From: Monocercomonoides exilis PA203
Taxonomy: Eukaryota > Protista > Preaxostyla
DNA: 64,000 nucleotides
Direction: 5' to 3'
Assembly (NCBI GenBank): GCA_001643675.2
Contig: LSRY02000038.1
Coordinates: 62,001 to 126,000 of the forward strand
Both the position numbers and the translations under genes were made by a program. Positions 47,180 through 60,033 of this stretch are shown here, in pieces (positions within the stretch are counted from its first letter, which is position 1; each line of letters begins with the position of its first letter). Below the pieces are notes generated by a model that worked only from the letters and a program-made list of their open reading frames with translations, did not search any database and was not told where the DNA came from.

Positions 47180-50100
47180 ATGAGAGATGTTTTTCATCGC
47201 AGATTTCTGTTTTTAATAGCATGCATTGCACTCACATGTGCAGAGCAAGAGCATGTGTTTGGAATTGATTTTGGAACAGAAAGTGTGGTTGTTGCGGAGA
47301 AAGATGATAAATTACCTCCAATGATTGTTGAAGACGAATTCGGTCAAAGGCAGCGACCGTGCATTATTTACCTTGATGAAAACTTGCAATCTCCCGAAAA
47401 GAAACGGAAAAAAATGGTGTTTTATTTTTTGAAAGATGATTATTTTTCTTTTCATTGTTTATTCATTTTGATTTGTTTTGTTGCTTTATTTTGCGTATCT
47501 GCACATGCAATGATATTTTTATAGAAAGAACTTTCGAGAATACCGAAGTTGGTTACAGAGCGGAAATGTTGCAAAAGAGAAGTGCTTTCAGTTGTTGAAG
47601 GGATGGCAAATTTGCTTTCCAATCAATTGGACGTGCACAGCCCCACATTTCACGCAAAATGGTCAGGAGGCGCAATCGCAGTTCCAGATTATTTTACACA
47701 GAGCGATCTGATGGTCGTTGACGATGTGTTTTCTGTTTTGGGATTGGGCAATCAGACGCAATTTGTCAGAACGAATGAAGCAGCTTCTGCTTGGTATGCG
47801 TCGGAGTCTCATCGGACAATGCGCCAGATGCGCCCGTCGCAGCGAGGCAGCAGCACGAAGAGGGTGCTGTTTGTGGATGTGGGCGACTCGCACACGACGT
47901 TTTCTCTTGTGGCGTTTTCGATGGGCTGCGGGCAGCCTTCGGCGGGAGTGCAGGCGGAGGGGAGGGAGGGGAGGGAGGGGAGGGTGTGTGCGCGGGTGCT
48001 GCTGAGCAGGGCGACAGGCATTCTCAGCGGAAGCTCGCACACACACACCATTTGGGGGCAGCTGCTGTCGCAGTACCACTCGCTGGCTGCCGCGGCGCGA
48101 GGGCTGAAGAAGACAGAACAGCAAAGAAATTGTGGAGATTGTGTGGCCGACGCCGACTTCTCTTTCTCTCCGGCTGAGCAACAAAAAGAATGTTTATCGC
48201 ATCCACACAGCTGCTTCAGTGCTGATTTGGATGCACTTTGCAGAAGAAAAGAGGGAAAAGGAAAGGGAAAGAGATGGAAGGAAGAGGAGGAAGTGAATAA
48301 AGGGTCTTATTGGTCTGTGTGTGAAGAGCTGCTGCAGTCGAAAGGGCTGCTTGCTGCTCTTCGCGAGGCAGCGGTGTGGCACAAGAAGACGCTGGCGATG
48401 CTTCCAGACGCGGCGGCGGCAGCTGTTTTTGAGTCGCCTTTGGGAGAGCTGCCGGATGGGGTGCTGGTCACATCGATGGGCACTTTGAAGGAAGAGGAGA
48501 GGGAAAGGAAGAGGAAGGAGAGGTTTGTGGAGTGGGGGGAGGGGGTGGTGGAGGAGATGAAGAGGATATTGGCGGAGGAGAAGGAGAAAGAGGAAATAAA
48601 AGAGGAAGAGGAAGAGGAAGAAGAAGTTGATGTGGAAGTGATTGGAGGTGGGATTCGTTTTCCTCTGGTGAAGGAGCTTGTGAATGAGGTGTTTGCGAAT
48701 GAAAGACACAAAATGAGACATTCATCATCATCATCTTCTTCTTCTTCTTCTTCTTCTTCTTCTCCATTCAGCACACATCTTTCTTATCATCTCAATGCAG
48801 ACGAGTCAGTTGCCCTGGGCGCGGCAGTGATAGCAGCCGGAAAGCAGATGAAAACAAAGGCAGAATCGGAATTTTTCGGCGGCGCCGGAAAAACTCGTGC
48901 GGATTGTGGGGCGTTTCACCCTTTTGAAATTGCTGGCGCCGGCAGCAGCGGCGGAATTATCCGAATGTGCCCAACTGTGGGCGAGACAATCAGGGCGACT
49001 ATTTTGGTGTGTACGGGCACGCAGGACGATCCGAAGGTTGTGTGCTCGTTTGAAGAGGCAGTTGCAGAGGAGACACAGCCGCTCAGCCAAATTGTGCAGC
49101 TGAATGTGCCTCTCACTTCTTTCTGTGCAGGCAGAGCCCCTCCGTTTGCCGGCTCTTCGCATCCCTTAAGAACATTTGCTGCTCCTCACAGAACTCGCCC
49201 TTCTTCCTCCCATCCTTCTCTTCCCCTATCTTATTCGCTCTCTCCTTCGCCTCTGCCCGGCAGAAGGCAGAGAGAAGCAGCCGGCGAAGAGGACGAGGGC
49301 GCCCTCAGAGTGACACTCGCTCTCCACTCGGCTGGCTGGATAAGCAAAGTGTATGCCATCCCTCTTTCAGCTGCCGTTTTGCCGGCAGAAAATGGAAAGG
49401 GTGTGTTTCTGACTGCCAAATTAGGATTCAACAGCCACAGAATTATGGAGCTGTTTGAGGCAGCTGTTTCGGTTGGTGTTTCGAAGAGCCAAAAAGAGAA
49501 ACAAGAAAAGTATTTGAAAAGAGGAGGAAAGAAGAACGTGAATGAAGAAGAAGGTGTTTCTGTTGGATTTGGCGAAGGAAATGAAAAAGAAGAAGAAGAA
49601 GAAGGGTGTTTGCGTGGAAAGAAGGTGAGGATGATAAATGTGAATGTTGATAATAATAATAAAATGAATAAAATAAATAAAATAAATAAAATGAATAATA
49701 ATAATAATGTTATTTATGATGTTGTTGATGATGATGATGATGATGATGATAGAGATGAAGAAGATGACATGAATGAAGAGGCAGAAAGAGAGAGAGAGAA
49801 AATTAAAAGACGAATTTCAGAAGTTTTTCCGCAGAACAAACAGAAAAGCAGAAGAAGAAGACATTTTGAGAGAGAAAAGGAGAAGATGAAGATGAAAAAT
49901 CAATTCAATCAGAAGAAAGAGAAGGAGAAAGAGAAGAAAGAGAAAGAGAAGAAAGATAACAAAAATGAAGAAGATTTGTTTGTTTTGTTTGAGCGAGTGA
50001 AATTTGAGCATTTGGAGAGGCCATCAAAAGAAGTGCTGAAAATGCTGAATGCGACGCTGGTTGAGAGAAGGAAGGGAGAAGAAGAAGAAGAAGAAGAAGA

Positions 50101-50569
50101 AGACATAAATGAAAGAGAAGAAGAAAGAAGAGAAGAAGAAAGAAGATTATATTACAGTGTTCCGCTGAGCGTGAGTGAAGTTGAAGAGGTTCGAGTGAAG
50201 ATGAGGCAGAAGATGCGAAAGAAAGCAGAAAAAGCGAAAAAAGCAGAACTTTTGCATTTTGTTGAGAGAGAAGCGATCGAATGCGAAAAGATGATGGCGC
50301 CGGCAGGATTCGACGGAGAAGACACAAAAAAGAGGGAAAAAGAAGGGAAAGAAGGGAAAGAAAGGGAAAAGAAGAAATTGGAAGGAAAGAGAAAGTGGGA
50401 CGAGGAGGACGAGGTGTTTGTGAGAGATTCGATGGAGTTTGTGATGAGTTGCACAGAAGAAATGAAGAAAGAGGAGAAGACGAAGAAATGCTCAGAGGGA
50501 AAGCTGGTGGAAGTGCTGAATTATCTGCGCGAGCTGAGAATTGAGTTGGAAGCAAAGCAAAGGAATTAA
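47180..50569 (+). CDS. Atypical Hsp70-superfamily protein with signal peptide (Grp170/Hyou1/Hsp110-like), with low-complexity insertions
   Basis: Signal-like RRFLFLIACIALTCA, then VFGIDFGTESVVVA and IVEDEFGQRQRP. Intron 47417..47524 splices in frame. Further motifs: AVPDYFT, NEAASA, VLFVDVGDSHT, VEVIGGGIRFPLVKELV, LNADESVALGAA. Confidence 0.82.
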
Positions 50570-51029
50570 TTTGCGAAGGGAAGAAAGAAAGGCATTTGAG
50601 GGAATTTATTGTTCTTTTTATTTTTACAAATCATTTCATTTCTTTATTTATTATTCACTCTCTCACTATTTATTTTTTTTCCTTCTGAAACTTACAAGAT
50701 ATGAATTAAATTATTGCGTACAATTTAAATATGTTTAAATATTCTGGCTGGTTCCCATGTAATTCATTCGTTGTTTCATCGGAAATAATTCTTGTGTTTT
50801 TTCAAAACCCGATTTTTTCTAAAAAAAATACCACTCGCTTTATTCAGTTCAGTGTTTCAGTTTGATATGGGGAATCTTATTTGATAAGAAATATATTTTT
50901 TTCTTCAAATATTATTTCTTTTTCTCTAAGATGAATGCTTTGAATTTCGAATTTCATTCAATAAAAAAGAATGGGCTGATAAAGATTTAAGCCTTTTCAA
51001 TCTCGATAAGGAGGAGTTCCGCCAGCAAA

Positions 51030-54000
51030 ATGGACCAATTAGCGGGCTGTAAATTCCTGGGCAAATATTGTCATTTGCTGGAAACAAGCCCAAATGATTT
51101 GCAACGGTTCTACACGGAAGATGCAGAGAAAATTGTGTTTTTGGATGGAAAAACAAGCATCTGCAAAAGCCCTCAGCAAATTCTGCAAGCAAATGAATCA
51201 TATACGAAATCTCAATTTCGGATAATTTCTTCGTCCTCAACAGCATTCATGAACTTTGTTTTTCTTCAATGTTCTGGATTTTGCATCGACCCAAATGCAA
51301 TTTCGAGGTATTTCGCTCACAGCTTTGTCCTGCGACAGATAAGCCAAAAAAAGCAGAATTACCGCTTGTTCAGAGAGATTCTTCACTTGGTACCGATGAA
51401 TCTGGTGAATGATGAAAAAGAATGTTTGCTTTTCTCGTGTTTTTCTTGAATTTATGCTTATGATTACCTTAAAAGTAATCAATATTTCTTTTGTTAGTCG
51501 CACTACAGCCGCATGATAATGCAATTGCTGCTGAAGAGAATAAAGAAAATTGTCATTTTCTTTCTCCTTCTGATGACAAATCAGAATTGGTATTAACACC
51601 TCCGTCTCCGAGCAGCTCGAGCCCCATTTCAACTACACCTCTGGATTCATGAGACAACTCACAAGAAGTTTCACCTGTTTTGAGCGATGATCTCGATCCT
51701 AATCCCTCAGCTGAATTATCTTCAACGTCACTTTTTCTTCTCAAAGACACGCCAAACCTCCCTGTATATTCTTGCGCTCTTTCATCTTCTCTTCCTTCTT
51801 CACATGAAGGCTATGCACTCCCGCCTGATTTGGCAGATGAGCCCGATTATTTCGGTAATCCTCGTCTTCATCACCCAGCCAACCACTCAGCTTCTCCTCT
51901 GTTGGACAGAATTTCAGAAGAATCACCTTCTTCCTCTTCGTCTACCTCTTCCATCTCTTCTTCTTCTTTTCCCATTTCTTCTCACTCTGTACTGTCAACA
52001 TTATCTGCATTATCATCCATTTCGCTTCGTTCTGATTTGACTTCTCTTCATTCATCATCAGACTGTTCAACAACTTCTTCTTCGAATTCTGTTGATTCTG
52101 GTTATTCTTCATTCTCTTCTGGCCCATCTCTTCTCCCTTTCCTGTCTGCATTTGATGAAAACTCCCAAACTATTCCTGTTCCATCCATTCCTTCATCCTC
52201 TTTATCCTCTTCTTCTCCTCAAAGCAATGCGTCCTCATCTCGCTCTGCTGCTTCCTCTCCTTCGCTTCATTCCATCTTTCCTCTTTCTTCGTCTCCTTCT
52301 CCTTCTCCCCAGACTTCTCTTTCTCTTTCTCCTTCTTTGATTTTGCCTCCTCCACCTCCTCCTATTCATCTTCTGGAAAAAATACAGATGACATGCAGCC
52401 AAAATATGCCAACGCTGCATCCTTTTCAAGAAACAACTACTTCAAATTCAAGAATTTCTTCTTCCACTTCATCTTCATCTCCTTCGTCAACCTCCTGCTC
52501 CATTTCTTTTAATGCACAGCAAACTGTTCCATCTTCAACGACAACATTCTCATTATCCTTATCTCCAACTATGTCAATACACTCACATCCTTCATCATTT
52601 GCTTCACAGACTTCTTTCAACTCATTCTCCAGCCAACAACCAAGACTTCATTCTGCAACTGTTTTTCAGCCAAATTTTGGAATGTCTTCTTGCACTGTCA
52701 TCAATTCTTCTTCATCTTCTTCATTTCCTTCTCTTCTCTCACATCCACAAGCAATTTAGCCAAACTCTTCAACATCTTCCTAATCCTCAACAACGGGTGA
52801 TGAGCTGAGCCGCAAGATCTTCTTCAGGGCACCTGTTGGCTCGCGAAGGGCGAAGACAGAAGTGATGCGAGCAGCACTTGATGATTTTCTGAGGAAGCTC
52901 TATCCAGCAGTGTACGAGGCGTTTGACGCAGAGGTTGAGAGGATGCTGTATGAGACGCAGAAGACGAGGATGTTTCTGGAGAGAATTGGAAGAGAAGGAG
53001 CGGAGAGATGTGAGGGAGAGATGAAGGAGATTGGAGAAGTCAATGAAGGAATTAGAATCAGAGATAAAGATGGAGATGGAAGAAGAGGAAGTGAGAAAGA
53101 AGAAAGGGAAAAAGAGGAGAGAGAAGAAAAAGAAGAAGAAAATGGAAAGTGGAATAATGAGGGGGAAATTTTTTGTGGAGCAGAGGTAGTTTCATATGTT
53201 GATGGTGGAAGAAATGTTGATGCAAATTCAAAAAGTGCAGAAAGAAGGGAAGAAGACAAAGAAGAAGATTATGCGAATGATGATAAGTTGAAGAGTAATG
53301 AAATCTTCCTCGAAAATGCAGTGAAAACAGAAAAAGAAAAAGAAGATTATGAAGAATCATTTGTTAATCCAGATAATCCTCAATCCTTTTGCTTTGTACC
53401 ATGCCTTTCATCTACAACATCTTTTTCTGTCTCTTCATCATCTCAATCAGCATCTTGTGAGACAGATGCTGTTTTATCTTCCTCAGCAATCACTCCAGTC
53501 GACTCTGAAGTTACTGTTTGCAGGCAGAGGAAAAAGCGCCAAATGGGAATAATTCGCTTCCATCTCATTCTTCTGCATCTGCTCTCCCCATTTCAGCATG
53601 CTCTTTCCCACCTAAACTTTCTCCAATGCTTTTTGCTCCTTCATTGAATTTGTCACCATCATCAACTCCTTCTTCTTCTTCTTCTTCGACTTCCTGTTCC
53701 ATCCGCTCCCCGCTGATTGAGCGTGTGTTTGTTGCATGCCAATCTGATTGTCACGATGCGACACAGCTCAACTGCACAATGGCTTTTCGACAAGGTGAAG
53801 CAGGTGTGTTTGAACGGAATTCTATTCCATCTGGAGCACATGATGACGACAAAGCAGGGATCGAAGGAATACAAGAACAAGAATAAAAAGAAGAAGAAGA
53901 AGAATATGTTGGAAGAAAACAGAGGCCTGCTGCAAAAAATGGGGAAGGAGGAGATGATTGTGAAGAGCATGTGTGGAACGGAGGAAGCAGAAAGGATGAC

Positions 54001-54463
54001 AGATGCAATGGATCAGATAAGTTCGGTGAATTTGCAGCGCAACAGCACTTTTCCTTCGGAACCAATCACATTATCGAAATCACATGTAAATGCATGTTCA
54101 AATGAACATGACATCACTCACAATTCCATTTCAAATTCCGCTTCTTCTTCTTTTCTTCAAATTAATCTCCCTCCTTCCATTTCCAGCAGCTACCAAAACG
54201 GTCTTTTGCAAAACTCAACAATCAGTTCATTTGCACTTCCCGGTACATGTATGTGTATTCTCCCTTCTACCGCACATTCACAGCAATCCTTGTCCATTGG
54301 TTTGACAAACAATTCTCTTTTGTTTTCTTCTCATTCACAGACATTATTGTCACCATCATCTAATTCTTCATTAATCGCTCAATCTCCTTTGCTTCCGCAA
54401 AGTTCTACTGTTTTTCAGCCTTTTCCTTTTCATCGATCTCAGCAGAATGTTCATTTGTTGTGA
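51030..54463 (+). pseudogene. NTF2-domain + Ser-rich + split RRM-like protein (G3BP/Bre5-like), disrupted
   Basis: NTF2-like N-terminus (AGCKFLGKYCHLLETSPNDLQRFY..RYFAHSFVL..YRLFREILHL) and intron 51424..51497. In-frame stops at 51650, 52757 and 52781; frameshifts near 53520 and 53730. RRM-like pieces SRKIFFR..ALDDFLRK and NLIVTM..STAQWLFDKVKQVCLNGILFHLE. Confidence 0.6.
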
Positions 54464-55407
54464 ATGGAGATTTGTCCTCTCTCACATTATATATGTCTTG
54501 CTTTTCAGTTGTTTTTTCGATCTATTTTCGTGAAATTCTGGTTCTTTCATGAAAATTTATTGATTTTTTTATCTTTGCAATATGTATTCTTTTTGATAAA
54601 AAAATAATCTATTTTTTGAAATGAAACAACAAAGTCAATTTATTCAGTGTGCATTTTTCTTTTCTGTTGTTTTGAAAATTGCGATTAAAAAGACTTCGAA
54701 TGTTCATGATAAACTATTATTCTTTTGTTTTTGTTTAATACTGTTTTTGCAGAAGGCGTCTGTTTTATGAAAACAAACTTTTGAATTGCAACTTTTCGTT
54801 TGTTGTAATCTTTGTTTTTTCTGTTTTCTATTCATTTGCCATTTTGGCTTATAAGCACATGAAATAGTTTTTTCGTATGCTATTTTTATCTTTTAGCATC
54901 CCAGTTTTTATTTGTGCAGTCAATTAAAAATGCATTTTACAAATAGTTGTCTGATTTCTTTTTTTATTTTCACTTCTGAGCGTTTATTTGCTTTCTTTGC
55001 TATCAATATTTCGTTTCAGTTCAATACTTTTTCAATGCACTGTTTTCTTTTACATTTTTGTTATTGTTTTTGTTAATTTCTGTTCTGCTTATTGTCTTAT
55101 GCAGCATCGTTTTTTAACAAATGTGGTAAGTGTTTGTTTTGTTTAATTCAAAGACAATTTGTTCATCTGGCGAATGAAATGACCTTGTGGAAAAGTGGTT
55201 TATGTGGATATGTTTGTGTATTCATTGCTTCATACAGATCATTATTTTCAACATCTTCATTGTATTGTTTGCATGTTCTTTTCTTTTTATCTAATAATAA
55301 TCTCAACAAGATGAGCCAGGCAGTTTTTGATTTTTCTGTTTAAAACTCTATCTTTTATTTGGAATTAAAAAAAAAACTAAACTGACTTTTGTTGTGTTTG
55401 ATCATCA

Positions 55408-56900
55408 TCAAATTTTCTGTTTGCTCAAAGACGTGTCGCTATTTGAGGAAAGTGACAAAGGCGATTTTCGCGTTCCAACAATTTGTTCAAGCATTTGTGC
55501 TCCTTTCATGTTTTCTTTGCCAACAGCAGGGAATTGACCATCCGATCCAGAGGCAGAAGACGTCGAAGCGGTTCGTTCTCCCATCATTGACTTCGGTGAA
55601 TACAATGAAAATTATTTGTCCATTTTCGAATCAGTTGAAGATCCTCCTCCAGAAAGCATTGGAGAGCTCAACACTTCTGTTTTCGATTGCAGTTCTGGTG
55701 CGCTTATTGTCAGAGGAGTCTTCTTTTTCTGCTGGGACTCCATTGATGCTCGCCTCGTCAACAACGAATTCAAGTTGATTTCTGAAAGATTATTGCTCCT
55801 TGGATTTGAAGTGTGAAGAGAATTCCACTTGTCGCTCTTCGAATTATTGCTTTGAATGCTTTCTCCATTCTCTTCATGAGCAGATGCCAAGCCAGCATCT
55901 TCCCAGTGATCGATTTTGTTGCTGTAGAGGCTGTCAAAAGACATCATTTCATGATGATCTTTTAACTCGATATTTTTTGTGAACTCATCCTCTTCATCTT
56001 CTTCTCTCAGAAGCCTGCGAATAACACTTTGCATCTTATTCTTCGGCACATCAAGCATCGTTTGATATGCCCTCATCCAGTTCTTAACCGCTCTTTAGGT
56101 GAAATAGATAAAAACTGAAACCTGCAAAACAGTTAGAGGTTTGAGCAACAATGAAATAATGCACACAACAGCTGCAATTTTTTCATCGCACTGCTTGTTC
56201 AAAATTTCAAGAAATAAATGATTGCTCTCTTTGCGCCATACAATATTGGCGCTGGGCAGTTGAACGTCAAATACTGAATGTTTGACATGTAATCAGGATC
56301 TTGTGGTCGGGAAGATATGTTCGAAAGATAAAGATGGCGCGTCATCAGTGAAATAGTCGCAAGAACCTCCAACATCGATGTCGAGTGCAGTATTTGGTCT
56401 TTGGTGTCCAACACTTCGCCCACACTTCCATCTGGCTGAGTTTCGTTCTTTGTCGTAATTATGAAAAAATCCGTGCTGATGTCAGCTGTCTCCCAGATCT
56501 CCATGCTTGACGTCGACTGGTGAATATCGCCGAGTATTGTGGCCAAATTGTCTGACGTCTCCTCAAGCATCTTCAGCAGATCCTTCTTCTGAATCATTTC
56601 TGACGGCCAACTGTCGAAAACAGGCGGATCGGTGAAGTTGTATCTCTGATCATACACACAAATAAGTTGTATCCGATCGTCGCTGAGCGGGCTGTGTGGG
56701 ACGACAAGTCACACTCGTTCCTCAGAATATCCAGATTGTTCTGATACGAATTCGTCATTTTTAATTCCTCCTTCTCAAACGATCATAAATGAAGAATGCG
56801 TTTTCCCAGCGATCAATTGCCATAATTTTATATCTGATAATTTGAAAAAAATGGCGATTGTTGATGAAAGCAATTAATATGTCGAGCCGCAATTAGCGCC
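55408..56900 (-). pseudogene. Fragment of a large membrane protein (extracellular loop, TM helix, Ser-rich cytosolic region), disrupted
   Basis: Protein-like ORFs 56199..56657, 55612..56076 and 55408..55605 are separated by stops/frameshifts around a hydrophobic segment (QVSVFIYF). Confidence 0.5.
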
Positions 56901-59900
56901 CATATCCAACGTGTCATTGGTGAAGTGAATATTAATAAACAATTAAAATTTGCCTTTTTTTGTCAGTTAGTGGACAGTGGTGAATTGATCAACTGAAGAG
57001 TGAACCACAATTATTTTTCAATCAGAAAAAATTCTCCGGAATCAATGTTGGAAATCCAGCGATAACTTTGATGGGAATATAGTCACCTGTTAATCAATGA
57101 AGAAGTTGTGAACTTTCTTTCCTTTGTGTTTGTGTTTTGAAAGGGATTAATTTTGTGAATGATTTTTCAAGTTTCGTGTGTGGAAAAGGATTTCCTTGAG
57201 ATTTACTTCGATTTTCTGCCTTTGCTGGACATAAATGTGTCGTGAAAACGCAAGGTGATAAAACAATTGAAGTTCACTTTTTGAATTGTATTATATATGA
57301 TATATCGGGCAAATATCGTTATCCTTTAATTTGCAAGAATGAATGATGACAGCAGAATAATAAGAAGCCACAAAGAGCCATCTGAGTATCAAGTTCCGCT
57401 GCCACTTCTGAAAAAGTGCGTCATGAAGCGTTCACGGAAACACAGAAAAATGGGGTAATTTTGTCACTCATTCGCGCGAAAGCTCTTCTTCAAAGAAGCA
57501 GTTTGCTTTATTCCTCAAAGTCTTTTTGCTCATGAACAATTTTGAACCATTTTGAACAGAGATGCAAGGATTTGAAGAATTCCAGTGGAGGGAAAAGAGA
57601 ATCCAAATGCAGTAAAAAGATGAGATTTGCAAAAAAAACAGCCAATTCCAACAAATCATTTTCCTGAAGAAGATCAGGAGAATGAAAACGCATATTTTCT
57701 GAGGAAAACGACTGAAATCAAGACTTTAATCAGAAAAAGATAACATAAGCCCATGTACAAATTAAATCAACTCTCTCATTTTCATTCGAGAGAATGAAGA
57801 ATAACACTGCAAAGCTATGGAATGCTGGAAATGCGGTCAACAAACCAAACTTGAATAGGACACATGCAGAAGCGGTTGAATAATGCAAAGGCATTCACAT
57901 TTGCTGGCTTCATCCAATGTTTCCGAATCGAAAACGGAGTTCCAAGGAAGAAAAAGCTATTTAGGAAGATTCACTTCAATTTCTATGCAACAAGTTCTCG
58001 GTGAAGCAGACTTGGGCACAAAATGTGTCAAAAAAAGGTGGTGAATGCTGAGTAGAGCAGAGATAAGCGAAAAAGATGAGGTACAGAATGAGCCAAGTTG
58101 ATGTGGTGTGTGAGGAGCAATTTTTCAGCGAAGTTTCAATAAGAGCAACTGAACGCGGCTGTCAACGAACAATAGAATTTCATTTTCACTTTTGAAAAAG
58201 CCAATGTTTGTGACTGAAAAAGAGCGAAGGCTGCAGAGAGTGGTGGAGAAAGAGAGGAGAAGCAGAGTTTGAGCTTTCTTGATTGAAGCAGAATTGAAAG
58301 GAACGGTCTGAACGAATAAAAACCGGTGAAATTGTTATAATTATTAACATTCACCAAAAGATTCAAAAGTTTACACTTTCAAATCTGATGCATCTATTTC
58401 ATATGAAACAGCCAAGATATCTCGTATATTTGATATTATTGATATGATTAAAATGATTGAAATGATGAATGGATCGTTTGAATGAGCTCTCTCATTGTGC
58501 AGTGAGAGATGCACAGAATAATCCATCCAAATGAGCTGACTGTGAAGCAGATGGAATGAAAGTGGAGGCAAGAGAAAAATAGAACAGTCACAGAGGCAGA
58601 AGAAAATTTATATATGAGAAAAAATGAAGAGGAAGAAGAGAAGTTGCACATGAATCCATCATTCAATCATCGTAAATGTCTGAAGAATTCACGGAGAGAC
58701 TTTTAATTTCTTTGTATTGGTGTTTCCAACAGAAGAATTTAAATTGGCCTCGATGACGTTGGTCCTAATGACAATAATTGCAAATGACGATAAGATTATT
58801 GTGACTTCATCATAAAAATCGCAGAATAATGAGAAACAGAAAATGTGCTCATCGAAGATAATGACGCTGTCTTTGAGGCATTCTGAGAGAGTCATGTGAG
58901 AAATGATTTGAAAAGGCAGAGTTTTCTTCTGATGATTGCTCCGTTTAAAAAACAGAAGGATTGAGGAGAAAATTCGAAAGGACATTCATTTTTTAAATGT
59001 TCTTGTTTCAAGATGTGGTCAGTGAGTTAAAAGAAGAACTTTCGAGTTTGGTCAAAGAAGATTGGATTCGTGCAAAAGGAAGTCTTGGACAAAGAATCAG
59101 AATGTCTTTCGCTTTCTTCATTCTTTTTGTTCGGCATTAGAATTGTCAGATTTATTTCTTCCGGATTCTTTGGAAAATTGAAGAAAAGTGTAATTGGTTT
59201 GCTTACTCTTGAATGCCGCTCATTGCAATTGTTCTTTTTGAATTTCTCATCGAATCACCATTCAAATGAAATAAAAAGGATTTTTCAAGTGAAAAGCATT
59301 TGATCAGTCTCAAACGAAAATGCTTGTTTCAGTTATTGTTGATGCTCCACCAATCATGAAACGCGCATCTTTGGTGGTTGAGATAGCCTTTAAGCATTTG
59401 TGTAATTTGCTTATTTCGAGATGAAACAAGTTTGTTGTATCGTTCTGTATTTTGCTCTATTTTTGCTTTGAATCGCCAGTTCTTTCTGATTATTGATTTA
59501 TCAATTCCTTCATTTTCAATAATCTCATGAGTCATCTTGGAAATAAAGGTCAGACAAGAAAATGACTAATATAAAATGCATGGCGAACAAATAATCTGTG
59601 TTCTTTTCTTTGAACTTTATTCGCTTTGATAAAAGAATGAATAATTCTTTTCGTTTTTTGTAATTAGGTTGTTCGAAAGTTATCATTCTCTCTTCAGTCA
59701 ATTTCAATTTTTTGTGAAATTTATTTGCTCAACTCCAAACCAAGTTTGAATGCGAATCATGCAACAAAAAGAAAAAAAAAATGTTTAATTTTTCTTCTTG
59801 ATTTCCTGTTGGTTTGATCAAAGAGAAACAAAAACATTTGCTTTTCTGTCCTTTTCCATCCAAGATCACTGGCTTTGGCGAACATTCTTTTTTTCACACT

Positions 59901-60033
59901 AATTATTATAAAGCGAAGCAATTGGTTTTGAGTTTGTTATTTTTTCATTTTACAGAGCTATCAACGAAGTTTCAATTTGTCTTTTATTTCGTTAAGCGAC
60001 GAAAAATATAGAACAATTTGAGAAATTATTGCT

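Noticed and set aside
57000-59700. Coding-like remnants on the minus strand
   Set aside because: Too degraded to define boundaries or family by eye.
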